Positions 39,219-49,520 of a stretch of DNA of 64,000 nt are shown one piece after another. Position 1 is the stretch's first letter. Each line of letters starts with the position of its first letter. Source of the DNA: Thermoproteota archaeon (GTDB lineage Archaea; Thermoproteota; Methanomethylicia; Methanomethylicales; Methanomethylicaceae); assembly GCA_020832905.1 (NCBI GenBank), contig JAJHRG010000001.1:564940-628939 (forward strand). Direction: 5' to 3'. The notes beneath the pieces were generated by a model that saw nothing but the letters and a program-made list of their open reading frames with translations, ran no database searches and was not told the DNA's origin. A program made the position numbers and the translations under genes.

Positions 39219-39411
39219 AAGATTTAAACTATTGTGGATTTATATTATAACAGCCTCATCATTACCTTTTTCTTATATTTTATCTCTTAATTGTAATTTT
39301 TTATGTTTTTCATGTCCACTTAGTGGATTATGTATTATTTTTTATCCAATAATTATTTTGGCTATTATTTTTGTAAAATTAATAAGAAAAATTAAAAATT
39401 TTAAAATATAG
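39196..39411 (+). CDS. Small Cys-rich membrane peptide
   Basis: 71 aa. CFSCPLSGLC echoes the CPLGALSG motif of the upstream gene. Confidence 0.3.
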   Translation: MLLQKLIKRFKLLWIYIITASSLPFSYILSLNCNFLCFSCPLSGLCIIFYPIIILAIIFVKLIRKIKNFKI

Positions 39412-39459
39412 AAAAAAGTTAAATTTAAGTAAAATGTTTATCAATAAGAGGTTGAAAAA

Positions 39460-39993
39460 ATGAATTTCTTACATGATATAGAAACTGGTAATAAAGCACC
39501 AGATATTGTAAATGTTGTTATAGAGAATGTAAAAGGATCTTTGAATAAAATAGAATATAATGAAAAAGAAGGAATTTTTAAATTAGATAGAGTTCTTTAT
39601 TCTGATATTACTTGGCCATTTGATTATGGTTTTATACCAAGAACTTGGCATGAAGATGAAGATCCAGTAGATGTTGTAGTTCTAGTAACTCAATCTACTT
39701 TTCCAGGCTGTATAGTAGAAGTAAGACCAGTAGCTTTATTAATTATGGAGGATGAAAAGGGAAAAGATGATAAAGTAGTTGCAGTTCCTGCAAAAGATCC
39801 AAGATTTTTTGGTATAAAAGATTTAAATGATATTCCAAAAGAAAAAATAAAGGAAATAGAGTACTTCTTTGAAAACTATAAAAAATTAGAACCTGGAAAA
39901 TTTGTTAAAATTAAAGGATGGAAAAATGCAGATGAAGCTAAAAAAGTTATAATAGAAGCAATGAAATCATATGAGAAAAAATTCAAAAAATAA
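39460..39993 (+). CDS. ppa: Inorganic pyrophosphatase (family I)
   Basis: DPVDVVVL and VVAVPAKDPRF blocks. 177 aa. Confidence 0.85.
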   Translation: MNFLHDIETGNKAPDIVNVVIENVKGSLNKIEYNEKEGIFKLDRVLYSDITWPFDYGFIPRTWHEDEDPVDVVVLVTQSTFPGCIVEVRPVALLIMEDEKGKDDKVVAVPAKDPRFFGIKDLNDIPKEKIKEIEYFFENYKKLEPGKFVKIKGWKNADEAKKVIIEAMKSYEKKFKK

Positions 39994-39997
39994 TTTT

Positions 39998-40723
39998 TTA
40001 ATATGCAGTTTTATAACCAGTAGGTTTTACAATAATTAATCCTGCTTTCATTGCTTCATGATATACATTAGGCTTATATTCAATTACTAAATAAAAAGCT
40101 ATAATCCATAGTAAAAATAAAACTAATGAATAAAAAATCATAATAGAAAATCCCAATAATATTAACAACTTAATAATTCTTATTCTTCTTATCTTTTCCT
40201 TTAATAGATTAATATCAATATCTTTAGAACTTTCTTCAAAGAAATTTCTTAATATATCTATACTCATGTAATATGCTGAACAAATAATTTCCTTGGGATT
40301 ACTAGAGGATTTTTTAATAATTTTTTCTTTGCATAATTCTAAAATCATATCTGATAATTTTTCTAATTCATTTTCAATTTCTTCATGAGCATCTATTATT
40401 AACATTTTTCTTCTTTTAATAATACTATCATGAATATAATGAAGACATCTTCCTAACATTAAACCTGAGAAATACCACTTATTTCTTCTTACATAATATA
40501 ATGATAGCTCATAATAGTATCTTATGAGATTATTATGAATATCATGATGAGTAATTTCTTTTTCATATTTTCTTTTTTTAGAAATAATAATTTTCTTATC
40601 TTGTTTTATATCAGGATCAATAATTCCATTAAATAATCCATCTAAAAAATCTTTTCTTAAATTTAAATTAAAATTACTTAAAGCTTTTTCAAGAATAATT
40701 CTATGAGTTCTCCATTTTGGCAT
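39998..40723 (-). CDS. Hypothetical protein with C-terminal TM anchor
   Basis: 241 aa, His-rich motifs, C-terminal hydrophobic helix. Confidence 0.3.
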   Translation of the reverse strand: MPKWRTHRIILEKALSNFNLNLRKDFLDGLFNGIIDPDIKQDKKIIISKKRKYEKEITHHDIHNNLIRYYYELSLYYVRRNKWYFSGLMLGRCLHYIHDSIIKRRKMLIIDAHEEIENELEKLSDMILELCKEKIIKKSSSNPKEIICSAYYMSIDILRNFFEESSKDIDINLLKEKIRRIRIIKLLILLGFSIMIFYSLVLFLLWIIAFYLVIEYKPNVYHEAMKAGLIIVKPTGYKTAY

Positions 40724-40794
40724 ACAATATTTTATATGTTTATCATTTATTTAAATAAAGTATTTTTATGAATTTTTCTAAATTTCTTCTTATG

Positions 40795-41380
40795 AGTGAA
40801 AAATATAAAGCTCTTGGTGTAGATGTTCATAAAACTAGAATTTCACATTTTTAAAAAAAAATTATAAAAAGAAATTTTTCCTGGCTCTTTTTGTACAGTA
40901 ATTAAACATCCTCTAGATTCTTCAAAAGGTATTATACTACATGAGGATGGTGCTAGTAGTAAGCCTATTATTTCATATTTATATTATAAGGAAAATAATG
41001 ATCCAAAATATTTTCAAAGCTTAGTAAAAGATGTTATTGCAATGAATATTGATGATGTAATATGTATTGGAGCAAATCCTTTAGCACTATCTGATTATAT
41101 AGCATTAAATCCTTTAGTAATAGATAAAGAAGTTCTTTTAAGTAATATTGCTAAAGGTTTTTCAAAAGTACTACAAGAAGTTAATTTATGTTTTTGTGGA
41201 GAAGAAACTGCTGAATTACCAGATATAATTAGAACATTTGATATTTCTTGTACAGTTTATTCAGAAATTTCACTTGATTCTGTAATTACTGGCTATCAAA
41301 TCTCTCCTGGTGATATTATTATTGGATTAAGAAGTGGAGGTAAAGCATTAAATGAAGATTTGGTACTTCTATTGGACTAA
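40795..41380 (+). pseudogene. purM (AIR synthetase) remnant: N-terminal domain only, internal stop/frameshift
   Basis: MSEKYKALGVDV (PurM start YKDAGVDI), then a stop. The frame resumes with DVICIGANPLALSDYIAL, GEETAELP and PGDIIIGLRSGG, which are PurM N-domain blocks. It ends about 200 aa short. Confidence 0.55.
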
Positions 41381-41382
41381 TT

Positions 41383-41810
41383 TGGAAGAGAGAAGAAGCA
41401 CGCTCTATAGTAGAAAAAGGAGTAGATTGGTGGATATTAATTTTCTTTATGTTTCTATTTGCTAAAGCAGGAGCACTTAAGTATACTGGACTAATAAATG
41501 TGCTTGCTTCTGGAATAGCATCTATTGCATCATCTCAGCATCAAATTCAATCTTTTATGCTTTGATTAGTGGATTTGCATCTTTAATTCCTGTAGTCCAA
41601 AGTATTGGTAACTTAGGATTTTCCATGGCCCCTCTTTGGTGGGCACTTCTCTTTGGAGGGACTTATGGAGGTAACATTACTATGATAGGTAGTACAGCCA
41701 ATATTGTTGTATTAGGTATGTTAGAAAAAGAATGTAATTATTATATGAAATTCTTTAAGTGGCTTCCTATTGAGTTGCTTGGTGGAGTTTTACCAATGCT
41801 TGTAGCATAA
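41383..41810 (+). pseudogene. ArsB/NhaD-type permease C-terminal remnant with frameshift
   Basis: VDWWILIFFMFLFAKAGALKYTG, then a frame change. GSTANIVVLGMLEKE parallels the C-terminus of the intact permease at 10-1296. Confidence 0.5.
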
Positions 41811-41913
41811 ATATGGCTAATAATGATATTTCATTAGTTTTTTATTGAATATTATCTATTATGCAACATCAATTAGCACTTTTTGTATTTCAAAAATAAT
41901 TTTAAAAATAAAT

Positions 41914-42939
41914 TCAAGTCTGTATTATTTGTTCTATGCTTAGGTTTAAAACTATCTCAGCTATATCACTTGAATAATCGATAATCCTTCTCAGATTTTC
42001 TAAAATAAGTGCTAATTCTGCTGATTGTTTTTTATTTCTTTTGATTATATCTCTAACTATTTTCATTCCTTTTGTTATTGTTTCTCTAATTTTTTGTATA
42101 TTTTCTTCTGCTAATTGATAATCTCTCTTAAAGAAGGCTTCTACTGAAGTTTCAAAAACTGATTTTGAAAAAGAACTTATTTTCATTATTTCATCTAATA
42201 TTGATTTATCAAGTTTAGAATTTAAAGTAGTTGTAATTTCAGCTATTCTAACAGAATGATCAGCTATTCTTTCTACGAATTTTACCAACACTCTATAAGC
42301 TAAACATTCTCTTGGATTAGAAAGTCCAATTTCTTGCATTATCTTACTATTTTGAATAGCAACCTTTAATTGACGAATTATATAAAAGCTTAAACGATCA
42401 ACTTCATCATCTAATTCTATTACATTATTAGCAAGATCTTTATCTAAATTTATTAATGCTTTTATAGCATTTTCATGAAGTGAAGAAGTTATTAAACACA
42501 TACGCCTTAAAGTACTACTAATTGAAAGTTCAGTAGAGTCTACTAAGACCTTTAAAATCATTTCATTGGGCATATCAGATATTATTTCCACTCCTATAAG
42601 CTTTCTTTTAGTTAATCCCCTTATGGTATTTTTATGTGAAGGAGTAATTTGTCCATCAATAGCCATAATCCTAATAGAATCATAACCATTAAGGTATACT
42701 GAAATTATTGCTCTTATTATCTTTTCCAAAGGATAGTCCTTTGATATTTTAATAATTGCCTCTCTAAGATTTACCTTTGGCTTAATTAAATCCTTAGGAG
42801 TTATAATAAGTGATGAGCCTTCTTGTGTTATTACAAGTTGATCACCAACTTTAAGACCCATATCTTTAATCCATTTTTTTGGTAGAGAAATTATAAATGA
42901 TGATCTACCAGTAAGTTGGATTTTTCTAATTTCTTCCAT
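41914..42939 (-). CDS. Phosphate uptake regulator, archaeal AbrB/SpoVT-PhoU fusion type
   Basis: N-terminal swapped-hairpin domain (GRSSFIISLPKKWIKDMGLKVGD) plus two PhoU repeats (ADHSVRIAE, DYSSDIAE). Divergent from the pst operon. Confidence 0.75.
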   Translation of the reverse strand: MEEIRKIQLTGRSSFIISLPKKWIKDMGLKVGDQLVITQEGSSLIITPKDLIKPKVNLREAIIKISKDYPLEKIIRAIISVYLNGYDSIRIMAIDGQITPSHKNTIRGLTKRKLIGVEIISDMPNEMILKVLVDSTELSISSTLRRMCLITSSLHENAIKALINLDKDLANNVIELDDEVDRLSFYIIRQLKVAIQNSKIMQEIGLSNPRECLAYRVLVKFVERIADHSVRIAEITTTLNSKLDKSILDEIMKISSFSKSVFETSVEAFFKRDYQLAEENIQKIRETITKGMKIVRDIIKRNKKQSAELALILENLRRIIDYSSDIAEIVLNLSIEQIIQT

Positions 42940-42950
42940 AATTTTTCACA

Positions 42951-43003
42951 AATCTATATATCTATATATAGAGCTATATATTTTATTTCGACAAACTATA
43001 TAG
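42951..43003. promoter_or_regulatory. Divergent promoter/operator region with palindromic CTATATAG-type repeats
   Basis: TCTATATATAGA palindrome (42961-42972), flanking CTATATA copies, and a second CTATATAG (42996-43003). Confidence 0.3.
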
Positions 43004-43036
43004 ATAACCATTTCTCAAAAAATCTTGGGGATTTAA

Positions 43037-44161
43037 TTGAAGGGAAGAAGTATTGCCATTATTGCCATAATTATAATAGCAGTAATAAGCATAGCAACTT
43101 GGTATTCTCTTAATCCAGCAGGTACAACTCAAGAAACACCTCAAAAAGAGATATCTTTGAATGGTGCTGGTGCAACTTTTCCCTTTCCTTTAATTGATAA
43201 GTGGATATCAGAATACAATAAAATTTATCCTAATATTAAAATAAACTATCAACCTATTGGTAGTGGGGGCGGTCAGAGAGCACATATTGAAAAAACTGTT
43301 CATTTTGCAGCAAGTGATGCTCCATTAAGTGATGAGCAACTTAAGAATGCTACCAATACTCTTCATATACCAATAACTATAGGTGCTGTGGTTCCAGTAT
43401 ATAATATTCCTAATATACCAAAAGGACTTAATTTTACTGGAGAGGTCTTAGCAAAAATATTTCTTGGAGAAATTAAGAAATGGAATGATCCAGCTATATT
43501 AGCATTAAATCCTGGCATTTCATTACCAGATGCTGATATAACAGTAGTTCATAGAGCTGATAGTAGTGGAACTACATATGTATGGACTAACTATTTATCA
43601 GCTATTAGTAGAGAATGGAAAGAAAGAGTAGGAATGGGTGTTGCAGTTAATTGGCCTGTTGGTCTTGGAGCTAAAGGTAATGATGGTGTAGCTGCTTTAG
43701 TTCAACAGACACCATACTCTATAGGTTATGTAGAATTCACATATGCAATGAAAACAGGATTATGTTATGGAAAAGTAAAAAATGCTGCAGGAGAATTCAT
43801 AGAACCAAGTATTGATTCTATTATGAAAGCAGTTGAATATGCTGCCATTACTTTACCTAAGGGTTATGAGAGTTGGTCTAAAGTTTCAATAGTTAATAGT
43901 ATTGTAAATAATACACAAGCTAAAGGAGCTTATCCAATAACTAGCTTTTCCTATATAATAGTTTATAGAGAACTAAATGTCCTGCCTGGCATGGATAGAG
44001 TAACTGCTAAGGCTTTAGTAGATTTCTTATGGTGGTGTATACATGAAGGACAAAATTATTCAGCTGGACTTTATTATGTTCCTTTACCTTCTAATGTAGT
44101 TAAACTAAATGAAGAGACAATTAAAATGATTACATTCAATGGACAAATAATTAAAACCTAA
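43037..44161 (+). CDS. pstS: Phosphate ABC transporter substrate-binding protein
   Basis: PstS blocks (GAGATFP, DSSGTT). N-terminal signal anchor. Confidence 0.85.
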   Translation: MKGRSIAIIAIIIIAVISIATWYSLNPAGTTQETPQKEISLNGAGATFPFPLIDKWISEYNKIYPNIKINYQPIGSGGGQRAHIEKTVHFAASDAPLSDEQLKNATNTLHIPITIGAVVPVYNIPNIPKGLNFTGEVLAKIFLGEIKKWNDPAILALNPGISLPDADITVVHRADSSGTTYVWTNYLSAISREWKERVGMGVAVNWPVGLGAKGNDGVAALVQQTPYSIGYVEFTYAMKTGLCYGKVKNAAGEFIEPSIDSIMKAVEYAAITLPKGYESWSKVSIVNSIVNNTQAKGAYPITSFSYIIVYRELNVLPGMDRVTAKALVDFLWWCIHEGQNYSAGLYYVPLPSNVVKLNEETIKMITFNGQIIKT

Positions 44162-44177
44162 AACTGAGATGAGAATC

Positions 44178-45159
44178 ATGAATACTCATAAAAAATCTTT
44201 TTTTTTCTAAGTTTGAAAATAAGAGAAAAATTAAAACTATCTTAATAGGTGATAATATATTTAAGATAATAACAGCTACTATAGCATCAAGTATAATTTT
44301 AATAATTGGTTTAATGTTTTATGAGCTTTATCTTGGCTCATGGCTTTCTATCAATAAATTTGGCTTAGGGTTTATAATTGGATCAGTATGGGATCCAGTT
44401 AAAGGAATTTTTGGAGCTCTTCCATTGATTTTAGGTACTTTATTTACATCAGCTATTGCTATTTTAATATCCTTTCCTATAAGTCTTGGTATAGCACTAG
44501 CACTTTCAGAATATATGCCTAAACAACTTAGTAATCTCTTCTTTTTCTTTGTTGAATTATTAGCAGCAATTCCTAGTGTTATCTATGGACTTTGGGGAAT
44601 TTATGTCTTAATACCTTTTTTACGTGAGGTAATATATCCATTCATTCAATCAAATTTTGGTTTTATTCCATTATTTTCTGGTCCAATATATGGAGGAGGT
44701 TTTCTAACTACTAGTATATTACTTGCTATAATGCTTATTCCAATTATGTCTACGATTATGAGGGAAATTTTTATTTTAGTACCTTCAGCATTAAAGGAAG
44801 CAGCAATATCATTAGGAGCTACAAAATGGGAGGTTATTAGTGTTATGATAAGTTATGCTCGTCTTGGTATTATAGGTGCTATTATGCTGGGTTTGGGAAG
44901 AGCTATTGGTGAAGCCATGGCTGTAAGTATGGTTATAGGAAATAAGTTTCAACTTTTTCCTTCTTCATTATTTGATGCATGGTATACTATGGCAGCCATA
45001 TTAGCTAATGAATTTATAGAAGCAATTAATCCTCTTCATATAAGTGCTCTTATAAATGTTGGTTTATTACTTTTGGTAATCAATTTAATTGTATCAATAA
45101 TTGCTAAAATTATTGTTCGATATCATTTAAGAATAATTGGAGGGATAATGAGAGAATGA
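44178..45159 (+). CDS. pstC: Phosphate ABC transporter permease PstC; 5' end interrupted by a frame change in a T9 run
   Basis: The track ORF starts at ATG 44314, inside the first TM. The pstC frame is open back to 44182 with no start codon. ATG 44178 is in the adjacent frame and joins at T9 (44198-44206). Confidence 0.75.
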
Positions 45160-45992
45160 ATGAATTATATAGTAAATTCAGATCACTTAAGGATAAGATA
45201 ATGCATATTCTTGTATATTTAGCTCTCATAATTGCATTAATTCCTTTATTTAGTATTCTCTTCGAAGTATTCATAAGAGGTATAAGTGCTATAAATCTTG
45301 ACTTTTTTATTAAGCCAACACCAGCTGTTGGAGAAATTGGCGGTGGTGTTGCAAATGCCATACAAGGAACTCTTATAACCATTGGATTAGCTTCTATTAT
45401 AGGAGTACCAATAGGTATTATTACAGGAATTTTTTTAAGTGAATATAGTGAAAATAAACTATATACAATTATAAGATTATTAAATGAGCTATTAAATGGA
45501 ATGCCCTCAATAGTGATAGGACTTTTTGCATATGTTTTAATAGCTACTGTGGTAGGCTTTTCTGTAATGGCAGCATCTTTTGCTTTAGCTTTAATAATGA
45601 TACCAATAGTGAGTATAACAACTGAAGAAGCTCTTAAACTTGTACCAGCAAGTATAAGAGAAGCAGCAATTGCTTTGGGGACGTCAAGATGGAAGACTGT
45701 AATATTTGTTGCTTTGAGAATCACAAAAAAGGCAATTATAACTGGTATTCTTCAAGCAATAGCTAGAATAGCTGGAGAGTCAGCTCCTATTCTTGTAACT
45801 ATGGGATATTGGAAGTGGTGGTTTGCTGGACTTGATCGACCAGTAGCTAATTTAGCTCTGGATATATTTTTATTTGCAAAATCACCATTTGAGAATTGGA
45901 TAGTATTAGCTTGGGGTTCTGCATTAATTCTTATTATTATTATATTAAGTATAAATATAGTTGCTAGAATAATTATGAAGGAGAGATATTGA
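45156..45992 (+). CDS. pstA: Phosphate ABC transporter permease PstA
   Basis: 278 aa. EAA-loop region. Overlaps pstC and pstB. Confidence 0.85.
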   Translation: MNELYSKFRSLKDKIMHILVYLALIIALIPLFSILFEVFIRGISAINLDFFIKPTPAVGEIGGGVANAIQGTLITIGLASIIGVPIGIITGIFLSEYSENKLYTIIRLLNELLNGMPSIVIGLFAYVLIATVVGFSVMAASFALALIMIPIVSITTEEALKLVPASIREAAIALGTSRWKTVIFVALRITKKAIITGILQAIARIAGESAPILVTMGYWKWWFAGLDRPVANLALDIFLFAKSPFENWIVLAWGSALILIIIILSINIVARIIMKERY

Positions 45993-46756
45993 TTATGTCT
46001 GCCTACAAAATTGAAGTTGAAAATTTAAATGCATGGTATGACTATAAACATGTCTTAATAGATATAAATATGAAGATTAAAGAAAGAACAGTAACAGCTA
46101 TAATGGGCCCATCTGGTTGTGGTAAAACTACTCTTATTCGTTGTTTAAATAGAATGCATGAGCTAGTACCAAAGGCTAAAGTTTCTGGAAAAGTTATCTT
46201 CAATAATTTAAATATATATGATAATAATGTAGATCCAACATGGATTAGAAGAAAAATAGGTATGGTATTTCAGAAACCAAACCCATTTCCTATGATGTCA
46301 ATTTATGATAATGTTGCTTTTGGTCCAAAAATACATGGTATTAAAAAGAGAAGCATTCTTGATAAAATTGTCAAACAAAGTCTTGAAATGGCTGGACTTT
46401 GGGAGGAAGTAAAAGATGATCTTCAAAAGCCTGCATCGGCTCTTTCAGGAGGACAACAACAAAGACTTTGTATTGCTCGTGCACTAGCTCTTGAACCTGA
46501 AGTAATATTAATGGATGAACCAACATCTCACTTAGATCCTATATCTGCAACTAAAATAGAGATGTTAATTAGAAAACTTGCTGAAAATTATACAGTAGTT
46601 ATTGTAACCCATAATATGCAACAAGCAGCTAGAATATCAGATTATGTTGCTTTTCTTTATATGGGTAGATTAGTAGAGTATGGTCCTACTAAGGAAGTTT
46701 TTGAAAGACCAAAGAATGAATTAACTGAAAGATATATAACTGGAAAAATTAGTTGA
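45989..46756 (+). CDS. pstB: Phosphate ABC transporter ATP-binding protein
   Basis: Walker [10 protein letters not shown], signature LSGGQQQR, Walker B ILMDEP. Confidence 0.9.
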   Translation: MIMSAYKIEVENLNAWYDYKHVLIDINMKIKERTVTAIMGPSGCGKTTLIRCLNRMHELVPKAKVSGKVIFNNLNIYDNNVDPTWIRRKIGMVFQKPNPFPMMSIYDNVAFGPKIHGIKKRSILDKIVKQSLEMAGLWEEVKDDLQKPASALSGGQQQRLCIARALALEPEVILMDEPTSHLDPISATKIEMLIRKLAENYTVVIVTHNMQQAARISDYVAFLYMGRLVEYGPTKEVFERPKNELTERYITGKIS

Positions 46757-46767
46757 GGTGATAAATT

Positions 46768-47406
46768 ATGGAAAGAATTATTGATTCAAAATTAAAAGAT
46801 TTAGAAACTACTATTAACAAAATGTGCATATTAGCAAATAGAGTTATCTCAATAGCTATTTATGAATCATTAAATTATGGAGATTCATATAATGAAATAA
46901 AGGAAATCTCTGATTTATTAATGATGTTAGCTGATCAAGTAGAAGATAATGCAGTTGAAATAATATTAAAATTTCAACCTGTAGCCTCAGACTTACGTAC
47001 AGTAAAGACATTCATGAGAATTTCATACGATCTAGCACGATTAGGTAGGTATGCTTTAGATATAGCTTATGTTAATAAGCACTTTGATGGAATTAGAAAT
47101 TGTAAAGAATGGATTCGTAATTATATTGAAAATATGAGCACAAAAGTTCTAAAAATGATAGAATTAACTATAAACTCTATAGAAAATAAAACTTTAAAGG
47201 ACATTAAAGAAATTTCAGAATTAGAGAAAAATATAGATAAACTTTATTTAGAATTCTTAGAAAAAATTACTGAGAATAATGATAATAAAACTATTGTTTC
47301 AAGTGTATTAATTGTAAGATATTTAGAAAGAATAGCAGATCATATGGTATATGCTTTTGAAGCTCTAATATACATGATTACAGGAAGAAGAGAGCTTATA
47401 GAATAA
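46768..47406 (+). CDS. phoU: Phosphate transport system regulator PhoU
   Basis: Two PhoU repeats. ERIADHM motif. Confidence 0.8.
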   Translation: MERIIDSKLKDLETTINKMCILANRVISIAIYESLNYGDSYNEIKEISDLLMMLADQVEDNAVEIILKFQPVASDLRTVKTFMRISYDLARLGRYALDIAYVNKHFDGIRNCKEWIRNYIENMSTKVLKMIELTINSIENKTLKDIKEISELEKNIDKLYLEFLEKITENNDNKTIVSSVLIVRYLERIADHMVYAFEALIYMITGRRELIE

Positions 47407-47513
47407 ATACTAAATAGAGTAAATACCATAAAATTCAACACAATTTCAATATTTTTTCCATACTCAGAGATAAAATAAGTCTTTTCTTTCATTTGATCTT
47501 AAAAATAATACCT

Positions 47514-48620
47514 TCAGATGTTTATTTTGTAGATTTTTGCTGGTAAATCTCCATGCTTTACATCTCTAACTTCAATATAATTAATATCTAATTTTTCAAG
47601 GACTTTATATGCAGCTGTTATTAATACAATAGTAGCACCACTTAAAGAATTTTTTAATGCATTAAAAAATTCTCTATAGAGCTTTTCAATTATTTTAATT
47701 CTACTTTGTCTAATTCCATATGGTGGATTTAATACAATATACTTTGCATCAATTCCTTTATAGCTTTCTTTTCTTGTAGCATCTCTTATTGAGAAATTAA
47801 TAGTATCATATACATTAGCTGATTTTGAATTTAATATTGCTCCTTCTATATGCTTTTTTGAAATATCAAAAGCATAAATACTAAAAAAATTACTATTTGA
47901 TTCTTTTAATGCTTTTTCTAATTCATTTTTATATAAATTTTCATCAAAAAATGATAATCTCTTAAATGCAAAATCTTTTCTGAATATGCCAGGAGGAATA
48001 TTTCTTGCCATAAGTGCAGCTTCAATAGGTATTGTTCCACCACCACACATTGGATCTAAAAATACTTCTTTAAAATTCCAATTAGAAATTTTTATCATAC
48101 CACATGCAATTGTTGTTCTTAAAGCAGCTGGATGATCATATACTCTATAATTTCTTTTATGCATTGAATCCCCTGTAGTATTAATACCAATATTTACTTC
48201 ATCATCTTTTACATATGAAAATATTTCAATATCTGGATTTTCCAAATCAACTTTTGGTTTCTCTATACTAAAGCTATCTAGTATTGCTTGACCTATAGTA
48301 GCAGAAATTTGACAGCTATTATAATTATGTGAACCTACTCTTGTTGTTCTTACTGCAAATTTTTTATTTTTTAAAAAATTATAATCAACTGATTTTGCAA
48401 GATTATAAATTTCCTTTAGACTTGTTGCTTTTCCTTCTATTAGTAATAATATTAATTTATGTAGACATCTACATCTTAAATTTAATTTATAAATTAATTC
48501 AATATTTCCTTCAAAAAATACTCTTTCACTTCCTAATCTTATAAAACATCCTCCTAATTCTTCAATTTCCTTTCCAGCAATATCTTCTAAACCTTTAACA
48601 GTAGTTGCCATGAACTTCAT
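47514..48620 (-). CDS. THUMP-domain RNA (guanine-N2) methyltransferase (Trm-G10/COG0116-like)
   Basis: N-terminal THUMP-like region. C-terminal class I methyltransferase with NPPYG motif. Confidence 0.7.
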   Translation of the reverse strand: MKFMATTVKGLEDIAGKEIEELGGCFIRLGSERVFFEGNIELIYKLNLRCRCLHKLILLLIEGKATSLKEIYNLAKSVDYNFLKNKKFAVRTTRVGSHNYNSCQISATIGQAILDSFSIEKPKVDLENPDIEIFSYVKDDEVNIGINTTGDSMHKRNYRVYDHPAALRTTIACGMIKISNWNFKEVFLDPMCGGGTIPIEAALMARNIPPGIFRKDFAFKRLSFFDENLYKNELEKALKESNSNFFSIYAFDISKKHIEGAILNSKSANVYDTINFSIRDATRKESYKGIDAKYIVLNPPYGIRQSRIKIIEKLYREFFNALKNSLSGATIVLITAAYKVLEKLDINYIEVRDVKHGDLPAKIYKINI

Positions 48621-48777
48621 TTTTACTTCACTAATTTTAAGTATTCACAATTCAATATAGAGATAATAATAAGTTATTGATGAATCTTAGCTACAATTAC
48701 CTCAGCTACCCCAGGTAACATCATCAATCTGTATGCATGACTCTCTTCATTGGCAATAAAAATTTATGAATTTTTAT

Positions 48778-49101
48778 TTATAAAATTTTTTTAAAATATT
48801 TTGAAGCATTCATTAAAATAGCTGATGTTTTAATTTTTTCATTAAATTCTTTTTTAGTTAAAGGAATAACTTCAATATGTGGTCTAATTTTCATTTCCCA
48901 TTGAATTTTTTCCATTATATCTAATCTTTTTATATATGGAATTTCATTAAAATCCTCAGAAATAATTATTAAATCAATATCACTATTTTTTAACCAATCT
49001 CCTCTTACTCTACTTCCAAAAATATAAACTTCATCAATTTTTATTTTCTTAGATAATTCACTTAAAAATAATTTTATTTTTTCTCCAATATCTTCTTGCA
49101 C
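48778..49101 (-). CDS. Minimal nucleotidyltransferase (MNT) antitoxin-type protein
   Basis: GS..RG.....SDIDL motif (FGSRVRGDWLKNSDIDLII). Confidence 0.75.
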   Translation of the reverse strand: MQEDIGEKIKLFLSELSKKIKIDEVYIFGSRVRGDWLKNSDIDLIIISEDFNEIPYIKRLDIMEKIQWEMKIRPHIEVIPLTKKEFNEKIKTSAILMNASKYFKKIL

Positions 49102-49469
49102 TCTTCTATCACCATTTCTGCAATTTTAATAGCTCTTTGAGCTTCTTCCATATCTACTGATTGACTTGGTAATCCATTTGCAGCATCTGGATATCTTGTT
49201 ACTGTATAATATTTATTTAAAATATACAAGCTTTCTTCATTTTCAATTTTAAAACCACTTTCCTTTAGTAATAAATATAATTCAGTAACTGAATGAATTT
49301 TTGGAGGTTCTTCTCTTCTTAAAATAAAAAATAATGATTTTAATGCTTTTTCAACACATTGTTGTGAGAAAAAAGCAGCTCTAAACCATCTTCTTCTATT
49401 AAAAGCATCTTTTGCATCTTCTAAATCTTCATATGCTGCTTGAAACCATAGTAATACTTCTCTTCTCAT
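49074..49469 (-). CDS. HEPN domain protein (partner of MNT)
   Basis: 131 aa, helical. Overlaps the MNT gene by 28 nt in the classic HEPN/MNT arrangement. Confidence 0.65.
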   Translation of the reverse strand: MRREVLLWFQAAYEDLEDAKDAFNRRRWFRAAFFSQQCVEKALKSLFFILRREEPPKIHSVTELYLLLKESGFKIENEESLYILNKYYTVTRYPDAANGLPSQSVDMEEAQRAIKIAEMVIEECKKILEKK

Positions 49470-49520
49470 TTAATATTAATTATGAAAATACTAATATTTT
49501 AGAGATTCTGTTTAAACTAT

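Noticed and set aside
42916-43113. 65-aa + strand ORF across the regulator/pstS promoter
   Set aside because: It spans the divergent promoter and the pstS start. The Tyr/Asn-rich product is implausible.
45110-45724. 204-aa minus-strand ORF
   Set aside because: It is entirely antisense to pstA. The pstA product has the expected permease blocks and operon context.
48329-48544. 71-aa + strand ORF inside the THUMP methyltransferase gene
   Set aside because: Antisense. Leu/Ile-rich artefact.
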